Shown: positions 63,459-64,000 of the stretch, piece by piece | How positions within the stretch are numbered: position 1 is the first letter of the stretch | How the letters are laid out: each line of letters starts with the position of its first letter | NCBI GenBank assembly: GCA_016192685.1 | Contig: JACPTS010000001.1 | Location: 97,710 to 161,709 of the forward strand | From: Candidatus Harrisonbacteria bacterium | GTDB taxonomy: Bacteria; Patescibacteriota; Minisyncoccia; UBA6257; 02-FULL-45-10c | Direction: 5' to 3' | Length of the DNA stretch: 64,000 nt | Notes under the pieces: generated by a model | Database searches by the model: none | What the model was told of the DNA's origin: nothing | The model's input: the letters and a program-made list of their open reading frames with translations, nothing else | Made by a program: the position numbers and the translations under genes

Positions 63459-64000
63459 AAATTTTCTTTTTTAGATAATAACACTTTAAAAGCTATTTTA
63501 AAATACTTAAAATTGGCAAAAAAAGTATTCTGAGATTCGCCTTCCTTGCGGGCATGCCACTGGCAAGGAATTTCTTTTATCCGGGCGCCGAGCCGAAGCG
63601 GCTTTAAAATGGTTTCCAGTAAAAACGGATGGCGCAATTCTTCCCAGCGAATTTTTTGGACTAAATCAGTTTTAAAAATTCGGAATCCATAAGTTAAATC
63701 GGAAAGATTCGTCCAATATAACCATTGGAAAAATTTCTGAAAAATAAAATTCAAAAAGAATTTTATCGGATTATAAGAACGAAATCCTCCGGCACCTCCC
63801 ATCCAGCGAGATGCCGTGACAATATCGTAATTTCCAGTATTGGCTTCGTTGATAAGATTTTTAACGACATGCGGATCGGTCTCCAAATCACTTGCCATCA
63901 TAAGAACCCATTTGCCGCTTGCTAAACCAAAAGCATCTCTCATTGCCCCGCCAAGATAAGGCAATTTTTGCCGGTAATCCTTAATGAAATCGCCGTATTG
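63455..64000 (-). CDS. glycosyltransferase family 2 (DPM1-like), N-terminus beyond the window end
   Basis: The C-terminal two-thirds of a GT2 domain is visible (ASDLETDP ... TASRW ... GFRIFK). The ORF track starts at Met 63964, only 36 nt from the window edge, and the DxD-containing N-terminal part of the domain is not seen. The track is blind beyond the edge, so the N-terminus is probably outside the window. Confidence 0.65.
   Translation of the reverse strand, partial: QYGDFIKDYRQKLPYLGGAMRDAFGLASGKWVLMMASDLETDPHVVKNLINEANTGNYDIVTASRWMGGAGGFRSYNPIKFFLNFIFQKFFQWLYWTNLSDLTYGFRIFKTDLVQKIRWEELRHPFLLETILKPLRLGARIKEIPCQWHARKEGESQNTFFANFKYFKIAFKVLLSKKENL

Noticed and set aside
1-64000. CRISPR arrays, tRNA/rRNA genes, transposase or integrase genes
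   Set aside because: No regularly spaced direct repeats, no tRNA T-loop or anticodon-arm-like sequences and no recombinase-like ORFs were found on either strand. The only MITE-like candidate is the 23.2-kb inverted-repeat element.

Overview
The window is almost entirely coding (about 58 CDSs, no rRNA, tRNA or CRISPR arrays). Gene content suggests a small-genome, CPR/Patescibacteria-like bacterium (inference): RpiB and GAPDH, a DsbA/glutaredoxin/TrxB operon, giant secreted proteins with lamin-tail domains, and an O-antigen-ligase/TPR fusion. Layout: (i) 0.1-12.3 kb holds housekeeping genes plus a 1352-aa secreted protein with an N-terminal lipase-like domain and lamin-tail repeats. (ii) 12.4-16.0 kb, + strand, encodes an initiating polyprenyl-phosphate sugar transferase, a Wzx-like flippase and a short UDP-glucose-dehydrogenase-family protein. 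(iii) 16.0-28.2 kb holds a 2369-aa cell-wall protein with duplicated peptidoglycan-binding domains, two repetitive poly-Gly/Pro-rich secreted proteins, and a Wzy-like ligase fused to TPR repeats. (iv) 28.3-64 kb is a ~36 kb, almost uniformly minus-strand, translationally coupled glycan-biosynthesis island. It contains two NeuB-family ulosonic-acid synthases, two PseB-like 4,6-dehydratases, three DegT aminotransferases, two hexapeptide acetyltransferases, three CMP-sugar cytidylyltransferases and two KpsC/KpsS-like paralogs. It also contains an ABC exporter, a membrane-domain::KdsC-phosphatase fusion, an aldolase/dehydratase/dehydrogenase sub-cluster, and an RGP/GT75-like protein beside a UDP-sugar epimerase. 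The most unusual reads are this multi-pathway nonulosonic-acid island with embedded PduL-like and PP2C-like genes, a heptanucleotide tract inside a GT4 gene, a highly structured ~150-nt intergenic element, and a conserved 30-bp motif with a perfect DnaA-box 9-mer upstream of two surface-protein genes. All calls rest on motifs read directly from the translations; no database searches were run.
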